Notes under the pieces: generated by a model
Database searches by the model: none
Told to the model about the DNA's origin: nothing
The model's input: the letters and a program-made list of their open reading frames with translations, nothing else
Position numbers and translations under genes: made by a program
In this document: positions 52,506 through 54,692 of the stretch, in pieces
Position numbering within the stretch: the first letter of the stretch is position 1
Layout of the letters: each line of letters begins with the position of its first letter
Origin: a virus
Length of the DNA: 54,692 nucleotides
Virus record (IMG/VR): IMGVR_UViG_3300011008_000078
Strand: one strand, 5' to 3'

Positions 52506-53286
52506 AGAAAGTAAATTTTTACATACATTTTCTACATGTTTAATAATATATTTTGAACTACTTGGGAAATTTAAATTATATTTCTTTGCAATTTCTGAAT
52601 AAGATAAATTATTTAAATGTCTATCAATAAAAACATTATAATCTCTTTCACTTATATGTTTCTTTAATGTTTCTAATAAATCATTAAATTCATAATTAGT
52701 CATACTATAATCAGATGTAGTTTCATCTAAATATTCATTGACCAATTTATTTTCAATATAGCTTTCATTTGTATTATCATCTGTAGTTTCTTTATTATAT
52801 GATTGAAAACTAACAAATTGAAAATCTTCACCATTATTAACATTTAAAATATTATTAACAACTTTTTCACTCATACCAACACCACCAGAAATTTCAGTAA
52901 TTGTTGGTTGTCTTAAATGTTCTTTTTCAAATTGATCTACAAATTTCTTAATCTTTGAACGTTTATAAATATAGTTTTGATTTAACTTAACTGGGTACAT
53001 CTTACGTAATTCTTCATTAATATAATAACGTATCCAGTGAACTGCATAACTTATAAACTTATTGTCATAACTTGAAGGATTAAATTTTGTTGCTGCATAT
53101 ACTAATCCTTCTTTTCCTGCAGAGAATAATTCTTGTTTAATATTCCATGAATATTGTTTAAATTCTTTATTTACTACTGAATAAACAAAATTTTCATTAT
53201 CAAGAATTAATTGTTCGAAAGTTTTCTTTGAATCGGGTATAACTTCTGTTTTTTCTGGTTTAGTTCCGTTTTACATTAATATTCAT
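52503..53286 (-). CDS. Sigma-70-family-like RNA polymerase sigma factor requiring +1 shift at codon 7 (CGG 53266..53268)
   Basis: MNINVK(CGG)GTKPEKTEVIPDSKKTFEQLI...NIKQELFSAGKEGLVYAATKFNPSSYDNKFISYAVHWIRYYINEELRKMYPVKLNQ (region 2-like) then ...LSYSEIAKKYNL (region 4 HTH-like). Confidence 0.82.
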
Positions 53287-53374
53287 AATCTGTTTCTCCA
53301 TCTGGTTAAAATCTGGTTTAATCTTACAATATTTATTAATAATATAAATTACTTTTTGAAAAATTAAACAAAAA

Positions 53375-53407
53375 AAAAATAGATCAAATCAAAATTGATC
53401 TATTTTT
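53375..53407. terminator. Hairpin terminator-like element
   Basis: AAAAATAGATCAA / TTGATCTATTTTT 13-bp stem. Confidence 0.65.
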
Positions 53408-53447
53408 ATTTTAAAATTATTTAACATTAAAAAGTTAATGCCTAAAC

Positions 53448-54575
53448 TTACAAACGTGCAGGTGATCCAAAAAATATATCTGTATATTCAGCAGTTTTTG
53501 GTATAGAAAATTTTTTTGGTAATTTATTTAAGGAATAACATTTATAAAACATATATTTACAATCATCAACAGAATTTGGTATAGTAAAATTATCTGATAA
53601 TTTATTTAATTGATAGCAATTAGCAAACATTGAAGTGCAGTATATTAATGTATTTGGTAAACTAAAATTGTTAGGTAATTGTTTTAAGGTTTCACAAAAA
53701 TTAAACATTTGTATACTATTTTCAGTATTTTTAGATAATTTAAAATTATCAGGTAATTTTGTTAAATTTATACATCCAGTAAACATACATCTACAATTTA
53801 TAACGCTATTTGGAATTGTAAAATTTTCTGGTAATTCAATTAAATTTTTACATTTAGCAAACATATCTCTACAATTTATAACACCATCAGGAATAGTAAA
53901 ATTATCTGGTAAATGTTTTAATTTTCTACACATAAAAAACATTTCTGACCAATTATCAGTAGCATTTATAAAATTAAAATTAAATGTACCATTTTCATCT
54001 AACCAATTTTCATTAAATTTTATTTTTTTACCGTTACAATCTATTGTTTTTGTTTCTTTATTATATTCTCCACCTATTTCAAAAGCTATAAAATCTTCTT
54101 TACATGCATTTGGATATTTTTTAATAAATAAATATTCACCATAATATATTAAATCTTTTTTTGTATAATCTTTTAAATTATTATTAATATATATTAAACA
54201 ATCTATTATATTTTGATTATTTGTATGTAAGGTTTCATCTGAAGTATCTTTAAATTGTCCACTACCATAATGTAATAATGCATAAGGTTTATTATCTTTA
54301 ATAAAAACAAAATAACCATTATATTTATCTTTATTATCATGAATGTATATATTAAAATAGTCAATATTTTTAGCTATACACCAACCTGTATTAAAGTATT
54401 CATTACCACCAAATAATTTATTACATTCATTATATTGATCTTTATTTATAAAGTAAACAATAAACTCATCATTCTTATAAATTTGTTTTAAATTCTTATA
54501 TATATTATTTTGTAATTTATGTTGTTCTTTAAAACTATTAATAAATTGTTGTAAGTCATTTAAAGATTTATAATT
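53448..54575 (-). pseudogene. Inverted paralog of 73..1122 (same N-domain plus BspA-like repeats), N-terminus interrupted by TAA at 54576..54578
   Basis: Open frame continues upstream of listed ORF 53448..53942; hand translation up to NYKSLNDLQQFINSFKEQHKLQNNIYKNLKQIYKNDEF..., preceded by PDLKPEQKNI*. Confidence 0.65.
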
Positions 54576-54593
54576 TTAAATATTTTTTTGTTC

Positions 54594-54692
54594 TGGTTTT
54601 AAATCTGGACGTTTACACAATCTATTAAAATCTAATAATACGGTTTTTAACTTATTTACATCATTAGGTGTTAAATTTATTTCATTATTTTT
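54594..54692 (-). repeat. Right copy of 99-bp perfect terminal inverted repeat
   Basis: Reverse complement equals bases 1..99. Confidence 0.95.

Noticed and set aside
48879-54144. ORFs 48879..49139 (-), 52015..52467 (+) and 53635..54144 (+)
   Set aside because: Antisense to the large virion gene, the deaminase and the repeat-protein gene.
1-54692. CRISPR array
   Set aside because: No regularly spaced direct repeats of suitable length seen.

Overview
AT-rich phage-like window, probably from a large T4-like/jumbo myovirus. Nearly all genes are on the minus strand. It carries NAD(P) biosynthesis genes (NadD-, NadK-, PncB-, NadE- and PncA-like), a B-family DNA polymerase fragment ending in an intein N-half, a tRNA cluster, HNH endonucleases, a sigma-like factor, a deaminase, and a baseplate/tail/head-completion module. 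Main discovery: CGG appears to act as a +1 recoding signal. Every in-frame CGG I found by manual scan (18 sites in 10 genes, both strands) lies where the frame breaks, and treating CGGN as one residue (skip C, read GGN=Gly) restores one long ORF in 17 of them; the 18th is at a gene's last codons. In this way 38700..40587, 40952..44506, 30138..33289, 33307..37051, 37069..38299, 45762..49059, 49575..50030, 12063..12429 and 52503..53286 each become a single coherent gene. I saw no CGG read as an ordinary Arg codon inside an intact ORF. A gp4-like head-completion nuclease needs three shifts, and the sigma-like gene needs one at codon 7. Secondary signals are a split intein/split DNA polymerase, a 23S rRNA GTPase-centre-like segment inside a noncoding region beside the tRNAs, noncanonical tRNAs, a duplicated pncB 3' end flanking a frameshifted HNH gene, several HExxH proteins, an internal TGA whose readthrough ends exactly on the next start codon, and a 99-bp perfect terminal inverted repeat. 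All calls are from reading the sequence; no database search or folding program was run.
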